The position numbers and the translations under genes are program-made. From Psammoneis japonica (lineage: Eukaryota), in the NCBI GenBank assembly GCA_008632985.1, contig QPGO01000066.1, positions 141,771 to 205,770 of the forward strand: a stretch of 64,000 nucleotides of DNA, read 5' to 3'. Numbering within the stretch: position 1 is the stretch's first letter; the number at the start of each line of letters is the position of its first letter. Shown in pieces: positions 46,953-59,030 of this stretch. The notes under the pieces were generated by a model. The model made no database searches. It had not been told where the DNA came from and worked only from the letters and a program-made list of their open reading frames with translations.

Positions 46953-48898
46953 GGAGATTGCTCAGAGTTTTCAAATTGTGAGCAATTCGAGGGTCGTGTT
47001 GTGTTGCAGCAATGTCCAATCTTGTGATGATGATGCTTGTTTGCATTGAGTGGAATTTTTCCTATAGAGTGAAACATTGTGTTTTCTAAAACAGCTCCAA
47101 ACATTGTTTCATCACACAAGAACAATGGGAAATGCAATGTGCAGACATGAGAGCACAATTCAAACAGCTCAACTTTTTGAATGCAGCGCCTGTGTGCTGC
47201 GCAGTTCAAGGAGAACGACAATGCTTTTGGAAGTTGCCCAATCTCTCACGTCTTTTTCATCTCCCCTGCTGTCATGTCACCATGACAATTGCAAAGGACT
47301 GAGACAAAAAGAGGGTTGTTTTGCATTTTTTGTCATTTCTGAGTCTCATTGGCGAGTGTGTGGTTTTGATGCATTCCAGGCTTGTTTTCTGGAAAGGCAA
47401 CTTAGAAGCAAGGTTTTGCCCATGCACAATGCATCAGAGACATGCACCTTGCTTGCTGTGATGGATGGCAGCATGTTCAATGCATGGGAGGCTTCCATTG
47501 ATCCAACTTGGAGCAAAACATTTTCTCTGTGTGCTTTTTGTGTGTGTTGGTGAGAGAGTGTTGCGGAGAGCCGCAATGCAGCTGAGCTTCCATGCAAGTG
47601 TTGCAGGTGTGTCAAACCAACTTTTCTGGGGTCTTGGTCTTGTCTGCCATTTGAGTGATGCTGCACTGTTTGTTCTGTTGAGTCACACAGTTGGCCACTT
47701 TTGGGTTGGGAGCACACCCCACTTTTGTCATGCTTCAGAGAGCTTGCTGCTCGTGATTGTGCATTGAACAACCTTGTGATTGTGTGTTGAAAAACCTTTC
47801 TGATGAGGGCACTCACATGGCTCACCTTTGCTGCATCTCATGACATGCAAAGGACTCATGGATGAGGTGTTTCAACAGATGCAGTTGCCCCACATGAGAG
47901 TGGCTGCTGCTGCCTGCTGCCAGAGACTCAAGCTCTTGGCTGGGCAACAAAATGCCCAAGACAACAATCCACTCTCCAACTGAGCTCTTCAACAGCATGC
48001 CTCATGTGTCATCTTTGGTCTGAAGTTGGTGAGAAAGGCTTTTCTCCAGCAAGCTGGGTGCTTGGCCAACTCACATTGTTGCAACAAGCAGCAACTCAAA
48101 ACATTGCACCTTGTCTGGACATGCCTGCAGTGGCATTTAAGAGTTGCAAACTTTGAAGCTTGCCTTCAAAAGTGTCAGATTTGCCAGCTCATCATTGGAG
48201 TCCATGGAGCTTGCCAGTGCAGTCAGCTCCAGCAGCCTGCAGGCCTCTGTTTTGGCTGGCTGAAAATGGGCCAAGGCCAACCCTGGCTGAGTGAGAGGAA
48301 AAAATGAAAGAGAGCCAGCCCCAACTTGTTTTTTCATTTTGGCATTTTGGCATTTTGGCAACCCAGAGCCCGCCCAAAAATGAAAAAGCCATGTGGACAA
48401 ATGTCCTGGATTTTGCACAAACATTTCAGGAGACAATCTTGCCCCCCCCCAGCTTCCCTGGATGGACTCTTCCCAACTTCTCTGGTGTCTGTGCATCCTT
48501 TGTGATTGGACTGACATGCTCTCCAGCTTCTGCTGGCCAACCTTCTCCCCTCCTGTGCTGTTGTGGCCTGGAAACAACTCCCTTCTGGGATCCTCCCACA
48601 CCACCCCTCCACCCATCAACCCTTTGGCCACATTGCTGCTTGCTGGCCATTTCTGTGCCAAACTGTTGCTCTTGCTTTTCTCATCTGTCTGCCTCCACCA
48701 CTGTTCTTCTGTGCCTTTTTTCTGCCTTCTCTGCACAAATGTGCACAAAGCCACAGCAGAGAGAGCCCCCACTTTCAAAGTGAGAGCTGTTGAATTGAAC
48801 CCCAATGGATTGGAGACACAATGTGAGATCAGCACAATGTGCTTTGGTGTTCTGAACAAGTGCATGCTCTGCTGGAACAAAACTCAATTGGGGAGAAT

Positions 48899-49800
48899 CA
48901 AACCCAAATTTAAGTGCTGTTGCACCTTTGCCCAGCAACACAGCACAGGCTGACTCACACTCCCAGCAAACCCGCCCCACTGGGGGTGTCACAGAAGTTC
49001 ATGCAATCAGCAGCTGCTTGGCGTGTGTGCCACTTTGCAGTGGCGCACACCAGAGACAACTGGTTTAATTGAAGCAGCACAAAAATGAGATTTTTGCTTT
49101 CATTTGGAGAGGATGCAGAGCACCCCAACTAACTGGGTTTCACATTTGCGTGCACAGGAACAAAAACAAACCATTTGCAGAGAGAAGAGGGGGTGTCCAG
49201 GGCTTTGACATGTGAAGCTGGGAGCCTTGATGACATGATGAGAAGGATGTTGAAAGAAACATTGTTTTCACACACAATTGACACTGAATCTTGCACAGAA
49301 ATGCTGACCCACAAAGCAAATGGATGGTCATCAAGTGATGCCGGTGGTTTGTCCAAACAAAAACACTTGCAAGCACCACATCAAGGACAGAAATTTCTTC
49401 ACATGAGGCAAAGGACTTGAGTGGCTGGCAGGAGAAAAAGAAATTGTTGTGGGCTGACAGGTGTGAATGGAAGATGATTGCATCAAAGACATCATGATCA
49501 TTGGTGGGTGTTTCTGAAGAGCACAGAATTTGCACTGGATCCTGTGCAGAAAATGTGCCGAATCTGCAAAAAATTGCCAAACATGACAACAAGCATGCGA
49601 GCCACAAGGCATCAATGTGATGCAACGCCAGTCATTTTCTGCTGAAAATCATTGTGCATCATGCTGAAACAAAGGTGTGCCAATGACAGAAGTGGCCAAA
49701 AGGGTGTCGGGGGCCCCAGCGAAATGCCGTCTAAAAACTGAAAACAGCTTCATCAGTGCAAGAGCACGCATGGAAACACACGTGGGGGCTGCCAGTGGGG
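48899..49800 (-). repeat. Right arm of the inverted repeat, heavily TpA/CpG-decayed
   Basis: Reverse-complement homolog of 42807-43814 with an internal deletion. The ORF track shows the shared peptides (WFVCLLSYLVIFCGFG vs WLACLLSCLAIFCRFG). Confidence 0.85.
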
Positions 49801-50215
49801 GGTGGCTGACGTCAGGAAGTGATGAGCCTCATGAAAAAGATGTCATGATGTTGGTTGCAAATAAAGATGTTGCATCTGGCAAGTGGACCATGTTCTTCAA
49901 TGACCTGGTGACTGTGGCAAGTGTGGTGAATTTGTTCTTTGATGCTGGGCAGGAGGCGACCAGGCCAGAGAAATTGAAAAGCAATCAGATGAGGCGACAG
50001 TGAAGCAAGTTTTGGGAAATCTTCCATATTTAGAGAAAATGTGTGAGAGCCTTTGCAGCATTTGATTTTCAGATTGCAGTGGAGGGCACAGGCCAATCTT
50101 TGTTGATGTTTCTCCCAGAGCGCAATACGAGATGGTTTCTTGATTCTAAAAATGATTGTGGCTGGACGTTGACACACTTGTATAGACATTCGACTGTAAG
50201 AATGTGAAAGCCTTT

Positions 50216-53023
50216 CTACAGTCCTGCTGTTTTAAACAAAGGGTGTCTCACCGGCCCCATGAGAGTGCCAATGTTGTGTGTGCTTCTAACGCTCCCCTGC
50301 GCCTCCACGGCATAGTCTGTCGAACTCCCGAAAAAGTTGACTGGCCTGCCAGCCGTAGATCCCGCAATGGACAAGACGGAAGACTCGGATTTATCCACCG
50401 TGGTTGGGATTGTCACTCTCACAGGCGCGAAACCTGGAGATCGAGCTTCTACAATTATATCACTCACGTCAAAATACTTCGCAACATCTTGTTCGGAAAG
50501 CGCACTCATGGGACCATCAACATCGATTTGCTGCAGCGTAGCTCTCTCCCTCTCCGATCGTCCTGCAACTGACGTGACCCGAATCATGGCCCTGACCAAG
50601 CCGTGGTACGCAGAATGCCAAGGAGCATTGTTGGGTTCGTGACAATGAGCATCACCATTTCCCGTACCCTGAATAATGCCTGGACCGCTAATGACCTGAA
50701 ACGTTACATTGTTTGTTGCCATAATCAAGAGTCGATCGTTTTCATCCAGCATGGAAACTCTCAACAAGGCAGCATCTTGACCATCCAAAAGCAAAGCCTT
50801 GCCAGTTCCTGTTTCTTCCGACGGTGCATCAATGCTAATCGCAAGTCTACTCGCTTTGGAATTGGTGAATCGATCGTCTTGGGCGAGCTTGTCTCCAATC
50901 TCGTCGTGGGCAACCGCCGTCAGTCGACCAGCCTCCCACGGCACGCTGGTCCACTCGGCATAGGACCCTGGTCCTTTTGCCATTGGAACGACAGGTTTGG
51001 ATCCTTGAGATTTGCCATTGACTAGTAACTCAATAAATGGAGCATCCGAGTACGCATGAATGACCCGCGTAGTGTTTCCCATGGTTTCATTCCAAGTATC
51101 GGGAGATTCCCACGACTCGACAATGTGCACTTCGTGCTTGCCATGGGTGAAAAATGTCTTGTCATATCGTCCGTCTGGGATGGGTAGGAGCCATTGTGTT
51201 TGGAACCAAAAGGCGGCAGATTTGGGGAAGCCGCAAAGGTCAAACTGACCGTAGGTACTTGACACTTCAAAACCGCCCACGGGTGGTTCGCCATAGTAGT
51301 CAAAGAGCGTCCAAACCATGGTACCGACCGCATAATCGACTCCGTCCGAGGCATTCACTGCATTTTCGAGACACCGAGCATTAAAGGACGTTTGCGTGCA
51401 CGCGTCATGTGGATTATCCCTCTTGGTTTCACAGCCCACGTCTTCGGACCTCATGGTGTTGCAAGAACAACATTCCGACATGTATATAGGCTTGCGCGGG
51501 AGTGCCTTGTGACAGTCATCCAGGTTCTCTCGAGTTCGATGAGAAAATCCCTGAACGTCAATCAAATTGGAAAGCAAATCATTAAAGGTAAACATGTTGG
51601 CCAACGTTGGTCTCGTTCCATCTTCAAAATAAGTTATATTTTGAAAGGCCGGTCCTCCTTTCTGACGTTCTTTGCCTTGACAATCCATCTCATTACAAAA
51701 GGACCAAATCATGACAGACGCATGATTCCGATCTCGCTTGACCAAGGCGCCCATGTTCTCCACATATGCCGCATTGTCGTTGAATAGTCGATTCTCATCC
51801 ATGACGACAATGCCGAGTCGATCGTAAATATCCAGCATGATGGGCGATGGTGGGTTGTGTGACATGCGTCGTGCATTGCCACCGATTGACCGTAACGCTT
51901 GGGCACGAAACAGCTTGATGCGATCTGGTACCGCCATGCCCACCACGGCAAAATTGTTGTGGTCGCAAAAACCACGAACCTTGTAATGCTGGCCATTGAG
52001 AAAGAAACCACGATTGGCATCGTAGCGCTGTGTTCGAAAGCCGTGTGTGACTGTAACCGAATCCAAAACATTTGAATCGTCGCTGCAGTTCAACACCTTG
52101 GCCGAAACGGAATAAAGAGTAGGGCTTGCCGAGCTCCACAAGAGTGGGCTCTTGATTTTCATTTTTCCGGTTACTGTGGTAGACGAGCCTTGCACAGCAG
52201 CTGAAAGCAACGTCTTGATTACTCTTGTGCTCGTAGCGGATGTACCGTTGGGATGTTGTAAACTAAAACCGACGCAGACGTGTGTTTGTTTGTTTGATTG
52301 GTTTTCAATCGTAACTCGAACATTCACAATGGCTTGCTTTTTCGTAATGTTGCTGCTGTACGCAAACAACCCATCCGGTTCAATATGAATCTTGTGCGTC
52401 TTGATCAAATTGACGGATCTATACAAGCCACCGCCTTCATACCACCATCCCGATCCACGCTCTCGACCACCTTGATCCCCATTGTCTGGATCACAATAAA
52501 CGGCGACGACATTCGTTGAGCTTCTTCCAAACGTAACCTTGTCGTCCAGTCGGACACGAAACGGTGTATATCCACATTCATGGTTGTGTACCTTGGCACC
52601 ATTCAAGTACACCGTCGTATTGCGAAAGGCTCCTTCAAAGTCAAGCCACACACTAGACGAGTTCCACGTTTGTGGTAGCGTAAACGTTTTGCGATACCAC
52701 AGTACATGCCGAGGAATGTAGGACTTTCCCGAACACCCATTCGGACACGCCTTTTCCGAGGGTGCACTTGCAATCAAACCATCATGAGGAAGTGTCACGG
52801 GAATCCAATCATGAGCGGAGTAATTGAATTGAGCTTCGTTTGGAAAGTCTCCCGGATCCGTGTCAATGGGTGGTTCGTCGTCGGGCAATGCCCACTCCGT
52901 CAAGCCGGTTCGATGGTGCCAACCAAAATCAAATGAAAAGGACTCGCGATCGGCATGAACTTGATGTAGAGACGAAAGGAGTAGCGATGCTACAGAGAGC
53001 AGCAAGCAGAAGAACGACGCCAT
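50216..53023 (-). CDS. Secreted glycoside hydrolase family 2 (beta-galactosidase-like), 935 aa
   Basis: Signal peptide; WYRKTF, LDFEG, HECGYTPF, WWYEGGGLYR, GFFLNG, RMSHNP, DRLGIVVMDE, RDRNHASVMIWSFCNE (acid/base Glu), SEC (nucleophile region), WTLFDYYGEP. Confidence 0.93.
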   Translation of the reverse strand: MASFFCLLLSVASLLLSSLHQVHADRESFSFDFGWHHRTGLTEWALPDDEPPIDTDPGDFPNEAQFNYSAHDWIPVTLPHDGLIASAPSEKACPNGCSGKSYIPRHVLWYRKTFTLPQTWNSSSVWLDFEGAFRNTTVYLNGAKVHNHECGYTPFRVRLDDKVTFGRSSTNVVAVYCDPDNGDQGGRERGSGWWYEGGGLYRSVNLIKTHKIHIEPDGLFAYSSNITKKQAIVNVRVTIENQSNKQTHVCVGFSLQHPNGTSATSTRVIKTLLSAAVQGSSTTVTGKMKIKSPLLWSSASPTLYSVSAKVLNCSDDSNVLDSVTVTHGFRTQRYDANRGFFLNGQHYKVRGFCDHNNFAVVGMAVPDRIKLFRAQALRSIGGNARRMSHNPPSPIMLDIYDRLGIVVMDENRLFNDNAAYVENMGALVKRDRNHASVMIWSFCNEMDCQGKERQKGGPAFQNITYFEDGTRPTLANMFTFNDLLSNLIDVQGFSHRTRENLDDCHKALPRKPIYMSECCSCNTMRSEDVGCETKRDNPHDACTQTSFNARCLENAVNASDGVDYAVGTMVWTLFDYYGEPPVGGFEVSSTYGQFDLCGFPKSAAFWFQTQWLLPIPDGRYDKTFFTHGKHEVHIVESWESPDTWNETMGNTTRVIHAYSDAPFIELLVNGKSQGSKPVVPMAKGPGSYAEWTSVPWEAGRLTAVAHDEIGDKLAQDDRFTNSKASRLAISIDAPSEETGTGKALLLDGQDAALLRVSMLDENDRLLIMATNNVTFQVISGPGIIQGTGNGDAHCHEPNNAPWHSAYHGLVRAMIRVTSVAGRSERERATLQQIDVDGPMSALSEQDVAKYFDVSDIIVEARSPGFAPVRVTIPTTVDKSESSVLSIAGSTAGRPVNFFGSSTDYAVEAQGSVRSTHNIGTLMGPVRHPLFKTAGL

Positions 53024-53166
53024 GGTTGAAAGAGATGTCAGCGAAAGATACCAACACTCTGCTTAAAAAATTAGAAACACCATACGGAGCTGAAGAATCT
53101 AAAATGATGGGTATCTTTCACATACTGTAATATTAAATTTCAACAAATGCACGACTTCATTCTTTT

Positions 53167-54622
53167 ATGCAGCATAAAAATTTCGAAATCCAACGGAAAA
53201 CATCATTTCCGACCGAAATGCCGCAACAACTCAAAATTCTAAAGAAATTATCCACCGCATTGAAAACGACGACAGGACCAACAACAACTCGACAAAGCAA
53301 GACAAGACGAGCAATAGACATCATGAAAGAGACAACAAAGTCCAAGAACAACAAGTGTCTAAACAGAAAGGAAGCTGACCTAAAGAAGAAACTTCCGCGA
53401 TGGATCCTCTTTTTATACGTGTTGGTCTTTTTTGCCCGCTCCTTTCTCATTGAACTCCAACTGCCGTACACGCAAGACAGGTGTGAGTCAACAGACTGTG
53501 AATCTTCCAGTCCACCGCCTTCAGATATTCCTTTTACATTTTCGGCTTGTATCATTGTCAAGGACGCCAATCGGCTTTTACCAGAATGGATTGCCTACCA
53601 TTATGAAGTCTTGCCACTCCGTCACTTGATTGTAGCTATCGATCCCTACAGCGAAAATTCGCCAAGAAACATCCTCGAAAAGTTTCGGACATTGCCCAAC
53701 ATGACGATTGAGCTATGGCGTGACGAGGACTATTTACCAAAGGGTCGGTTTTACACAGCTGGAGCAGACAAGACGGAGCGACATCGCTTGCATCAGCTTC
53801 GACAACCAAAATTTATGAGCGCATGCCTTGAATCTTTAAAACAGAAAAACAAGACGTGGACCATATTGACAGATCCAGATGAGTACTTGACCTTTAATAA
53901 TTATATACAAGGTGAAGCAGCCGAACCGTGGTGCTTTTTGGGCAAACGAAATAGCAAGGAAAGCGCCGAATGCCGTGCAAAGTACCATGACGACATTGCC
54001 AAGGGAGTACACCCACGATCCAGAGTACCAGCTATTGGAAAAGCTACAGTGGCACATTATATGGCAAGCGAAATGAATCGTACCGATAGTTATTATCATT
54101 TTGACAAGCCATGCATGGTTCTTCCCCGTTTGTTCTTTTCAAACAAGGAGAGCCTGACGAATCAAACACACGCTCAAGTCCCAGACGGATTTGACCAGAA
54201 TACCTTCTTTACGCTCCGGTTTCGTCATCACCAGGCACATCAAAATCACTTTCCAGGAAAAGTTATAGCGGATGCTTCGAGATATGATGGAAGCAAAGTC
54301 ATGTCTCCTCACTTTCTGAATCGAGACTTGTGCATTCCGAATGCTGCGTACGTGTCGTATGCACAGGCCGTTCTACGAGTCCATCACTATATTGGCCCAC
54401 GAGACCTATACGTGAGCACCAAACCCAATCAGGATTATAAATTTCGAGAAGACATGGTGGGAGAAATTCGAGGGACAAACGATGACGTGCGAGGCTGGCT
54501 GGTGGCTGGACTCGTTTGTCAGACGTGTAGGCAAGAAGAAGGCCTTTGAGCTGACCGAGGGGCTACAAACCAGTGCTGTGGAAGAAATGGTAATACGAAA
54601 CAACCACACAAGAAAGATATGA
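53167..54622 (+). CDS. Type II membrane glycosyltransferase (GT-A fold, GT92/GT2-like); a 7-bp duplication frameshifts the last ~37 codons
   Basis: TM WILFLYVLVFFA; SACIIVKD, LPEWIAYH, DPDEY (DxD), VHHYIG. The ORF as assembled stops at 54549; deleting one TGGCTGG copy restores the frame to TGA 54620-54622. Confidence 0.75.
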
Positions 54623-54980
54623 TAGTGAGCCACTCACCGCAATGACAGACAGATGGGGTCAAAGCGAAATGTGTTGCGGTGGACGGAGGTTTATCATTAG
54701 GGATCATGAACATCTTTCACGAATATGGATCGCTAACATGGAACAGGTCTTTAGCTGTACCCGGGGTTCTTCTTTTTATTGTAGCAGCAGTTATCTCATG
54801 GACAGCTAGCACCGAAAACCTTTAGGGTACGGCATGTTCAAAGCCACGCCGGCACTCTGCTCTTTGTCTCGGTCCGTTCGTCTGCGCAGCTCCAAAACAA
54901 CAAAAAACTCCAAAACTCCGCAAATACGGTGCGCTCCAAAACCCGCAAATCCGCAAAACCAAAAACAACTTGTGTCCACC

Positions 54981-56180
54981 ATGGCGGAAGAAGAGCACAT
55001 CGTAGCTTCTGGCGTTTTTCAGAATGACAAAGTGCTGTCTCCAAAGCACACCATCTGTGTCAGCTTCAAAGACTTTGAAAATCTTCCGCATCAACGCGGA
55101 GAGCATGCCTTCTCTCTGCCACTCTCTTGCCACGGGCATTTGTGGCAGATCTGGCTGTTTCCTCGTGGTCATGCAAAGTCAAGTGAGGACGTGGTTCATA
55201 TCTCTGTGTACTTAGGTCAAACCAAAGTAGATGGTCGTGAACCTGTTGAGGCGAGATTCTTTGTGCGAGCAGGAGGGGTGAAGATGTCGGGCAAGCTTGA
55301 AACCGAAGAGGAGAAAACTGGGAGGCATGATTTTGCGACACGGGATTCTGTGCTCGATCCAGAGAATGGATTTCTGGAGAATGGCACTCTTGTGATAAAA
55401 GCAGACATTCAGATTGTTCTTGCCATGCCTGAGATTTGGCACCCCAAAAGCACCTTACATGGGGACTTGTCTGATTTGCTCAAGACAACGAAGTATTCGG
55501 ACGTTTCCTTTTCTGTTGGTGGTGAAAGTTTTCAGGCGCATAAAAACATTCTTGCCCAGCGGGCTCCAGGGTTTGCTGAAATATTTGAGTGTGAATCCCA
55601 CAGAGAGAAGACTACAATCGTGATTGATGATGTTGACCCATCCATCTTTTCCTCGTTTCTTCGGCATGCCTACGTTGATGAGCTTCCCACGGACACCGAC
55701 ATGGACGATAAAGACTCAATGGCGTTGCTTGCTTTTGCTGACAAGTATAACTGTGTTAGTCTCAAGCTTCGTGTAGAAGCCAAGATGGTTGAATTGGCCA
55801 TCACGGTCGACAGCGTTGTCGACTTGCTCCTATTCGCGGAACGTAAGAACTGCGCCCTTCTCAAGGAAGCTGCGCTAGCCTTTTTTGCTTCCCACAGCGA
55901 GGCAGTGAGAAAGTCAGAGGCTTTTCTGTCGTTAGATTCTCCCAAGTTGCTCCGCGAGTTGGTGGCGGCTGCATGTGAGCCCGCGGCTTTGGACCAAGAC
56001 GAGGACAATTTCGAAAACATGAGTGTAGCTAGGATGCGCAGAAAGCTCGAGGAAGCGGAACTCAATCCCGACGGCACTCGGGAAAGTCTTGTAAAGCGTC
56101 TCAAGACGGCATCTACTGCCAATGATGATGGCGCTAGCCATGGACAGAGTGAAAACCCCAGCGGCGATGGCGCCGAATAG
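54981..56180 (+). CDS. MATH-BTB/POZ (SPOP-like) protein with a C-terminal SAP motif
   Basis: MATH (HGHLWQIWLFPRG...ISVYL...NGTLVIKADI), BTB (SDVSFSVGGESFQAHKNILA...IDDVDPSIF...FADKY), SAP (MSVARMRRKLEEAELNPDGTRESLVKRL). Confidence 0.9.
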   Translation: MAEEEHIVASGVFQNDKVLSPKHTICVSFKDFENLPHQRGEHAFSLPLSCHGHLWQIWLFPRGHAKSSEDVVHISVYLGQTKVDGREPVEARFFVRAGGVKMSGKLETEEEKTGRHDFATRDSVLDPENGFLENGTLVIKADIQIVLAMPEIWHPKSTLHGDLSDLLKTTKYSDVSFSVGGESFQAHKNILAQRAPGFAEIFECESHREKTTIVIDDVDPSIFSSFLRHAYVDELPTDTDMDDKDSMALLAFADKYNCVSLKLRVEAKMVELAITVDSVVDLLLFAERKNCALLKEAALAFFASHSEAVRKSEAFLSLDSPKLLRELVAAACEPAALDQDEDNFENMSVARMRRKLEEAELNPDGTRESLVKRLKTASTANDDGASHGQSENPSGDGAE

Positions 56181-56239
56181 GTCCGATGCAGCATGAAGAA
56201 GTTCCCGCAGTATAGCTCAACAATAACTGCCAACGATTG

Positions 56240-56405
56240 AATTGCTGCTTAGAGTTTATGTGTCTTTTACAGAACCTAGTAAAGGAGTCTATATTCGATG
56301 TATTTTAAGATACGCCGAGATTCTCTTTTTTGAGTATATCGCTATAATAAGGTTCGGCGGCAATGGTCTATTCGCGAGATTCGGTCGACACGTAAATACT
56401 GTGCT
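56240..56405 (+). repeat. Short dispersed repeat, second copy at ~60955-61110
   Basis: tgctgcttagagtttatgtgtcttttacag and ccgagattctctttttt occur at both sites. Confidence 0.8.
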
Positions 56406-56698
56406 AGGACCGCAAGAGATCGAATCTTTCTACACTAAAGAGAAAGAGAGAAACCGAGAAACGGTGGAAGGCATGTTTAAGAGAGGAGTAGCAAGGCTCT
56501 GGAGACCAAGATATCTTTCTAAATAATGCGTTTCTCTGCAGCTACGTTATTCAAGTAGCAATAATATAATTCGACTCGTAATTGAATTCAAATAACACAG
56601 TCTCTACAACATGCTTTTCCCGATATTCCATCTAAAGCTGCTCATGAACATCAATATTGCGCACCATTCTCACCCATTTTTCTTTGGTTTTCACTCTC

Positions 56699-57775
56699 TT
56701 ACGTGACTTGATATTGCGGTCCACCACCACCTCCCGGCACCGTCCACTGAATGTACTCGTGAGGCATCTTAATGCTGCAGCATTTGCAATAAATGCAATT
56801 CTGTCCATTAATCACCAACTTCTTGTCGTCGGGATATTCGTAGACGCCCGTAGGACAAAAGCGTTGTTTGGGCGCACCAAAGACTTGCATGGACACATCT
56901 CGGGGTATAATTGGCCAAATCGGGCTTGATTTGCAAAATGGCAGGGTTGACGTGGCACGTCCCGCTGCGTTGCAAATTGGTCAACAAGTCAAAGGTCAGT
57001 ACATTGTTGGGAGGTGGATACGAAATGGGTTCAAAGTGCCGTGCTTCGAGGGTCGTGTCGGCATCGCTTATCGTCGTGTGAGATATAGGTAAAGGGTTCG
57101 CTACCCTTGGTAATGTGTGCCGCCAATCCCGAAAACATAAGGCCACCCATGACGCCCCACTTTTGAAGGGCGGCATGACAATTGCAAACTTGATACAATT
57201 CGTCGTATATCCACGAGCTGTACACTTGTTTGTAATAGTCTGTAATTTCCACCTCATCGCATGAAACTCTCTAGTCTCGTCGTAACAAATCGTCACCATG
57301 CCCAAGACAGGATCGAAAAACACGAAGAAAATGCCCAACAAAGGCTGTATCATCGAATTCCAATACACCACTTGCAGCCACAGGTTCTACTTTGCTACTT
57401 TCGTTCATTTATGCCTCGTACGTCGCAAGCATTCCGGATTTCATGGCCGTGTGGGTTCCCGTGATTTTGACGGCATTTCAAAATCCCACACTGCATCCAA
57501 TCAGTGCACCACCCGGAATGGTCAATTATGGAATGGCATGATAGCCACCTTCATTCAAAACGCGTGTACCGTACGCAATGCTAGTGGCCTTTTCCAAATA
57601 CTTTGCGATGGAGGGATGCGTTTTCCATTGTTGAGATTCTTGATAGGGATTCAAATAGGGATTGGCATGACCCAAACCCACAACCAAACCAACTAAAATT
57701 AAATTGGGTTCTTGATGATAGAGGAACGATCCGCCATAGACTTTATCCGTGAGTTTGGATTAAAGCGGAAATCCG
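56699..57775 (-). pseudogene. ETFDH: 5'-truncated, frameshifted ETF-ubiquinone oxidoreductase (ETF-QO) fragment
   Basis: YGGSFLYHQ...NPYLNPYQE...[10 protein letters not shown]...GTHTAMKSGMLA, LTFDLLTNLQRSGT, and the 4Fe-4S C-terminus RFCPTGVYEY...NCIYCKCCSIK...WTVPGGGGGPQY; in-frame stops and frame switches. Confidence 0.88.
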
Positions 57776-57985
57776 GATCCGTTGCAATTTGCAATGGGTG
57801 CGGGGCTCGTCGTCTGGCAATGCCCATTCTGTCAAGTAGCCTGTCCGATGGTGCAAACCAAAATCAAACGAAAAGATATCTTGTGGTCGGCATGGACTTC
57901 AGTTAGAGATGAAAGGAGTATAGCGATGCTACTGAGAGCACCAAGCAGAAGAACGACGCCATGGTTGAAAGAGATGTGAGATGAC
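57772..57985 (-). pseudogene. Duplicated 5' end (leader and signal peptide) of the GH2 gene
   Basis: gcagaagaacgacgccatggttgaaagagatgt and cgatggtgc.aaccaaaatcaaa.gaaaag match 52852-53040. Confidence 0.85.
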
Positions 57986-57989
57986 AGCG

Positions 57990-59030
57990 AACAGCGGAAA
58001 GATGAAAATTCCAAAATTCAATACACTCCTCGGGGATGTAGAATCTGAAATGATGGCGGTATCTTTCGGTAACCTCTTCTCGGGAGACGGACAGACACCG
58101 GCGGACACCAAGACTTGTAACACAGGCTCTTCATCAGAGAGGACAAAGTACTCACCAGTCAAGTCAATCTCAAGCAACAGCTATATTTGCTCTGGCCCTT
58201 GCTGTAGGAGACGGGTCATACTTTTCTTTGTTTCTTTACGTGGCCGTCGCTGCATGATGCGTGCCTCAACTTCTTGAAGACCGCTTGCACTTCTGGTGAG
58301 TTGCGCTGGGCTGTTCAACGTGCATGGCAATCAATGATCTGCCTTGTACTCACCATTGTTTTTGTTGCATTGTACACAGGTGTTGTCAGCCGACGCGTCA
58401 GCTAAGGCGCTCGCCAACTCCTCCTTCTCCGCCACAATTGACTTCAGTGAGGAGATGGCGGAATCTTTGCAAACGATGAACCTGGACCAACACATTCTCT
58501 CCAATGTCAGGTCAGATAGAACTGATGCTAGTTTACGTGGACTAGATTTTTGGCTCTTGATTAAGTCTTCAAAGTGTCTGATCATAGTCTCGTGGGGGTC
58601 AGCAGCCACTCGGCTGAACATTTTTCTGGAGAAACGGCGGCCACGCGGCTTGATGATGACGAGCTTTCATCAGGAGACAATGTAGTTTCTTCTTCATCAT
58701 TGTTAGTAGAATGTAAAGCTAACTTTTTATTTCATTGGGTTTTATATGTCTCGAAACTCGGTCGTCACGAACGACTTGGAATTCACTGGCACAAGTGCAC
58801 GACTCCTCCTTTGCGTGCTCGGGAACGATTGCAACAATGATTGCGCCATAAAGATCACTGGTCTTGAGCTGACTGCGAGTCTCCTCAATCTTTTTCCTGG
58901 TGCATTGTCCACATGCATGAAGAAAGGAGTCGTGGTCAACGTGAAGCAACGTTCTGAAAAGAAGTTCATCGGGCGCCACCTTGGCACTCTTCACACATCA
59001 TTGTGTTGCACCATCCAGAATTTTTCTCTG
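57990..59030 (-). pseudogene. Fragmented, partly TA-poor coding remnant of unknown family
   Basis: Colinear protein-like minus-strand ORF pieces (58719-58994, 58331-58621, 57929-58177) separated by stops or frameshifts; no recognisable motif. Confidence 0.3.

Larger units (their letters stand above)
43330..50030. other. TpA/CpG-depleted decayed domain D3
   Basis: TA nearly absent; Cys/His-rich spurious ORFs in all frames. Confidence 0.85.
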
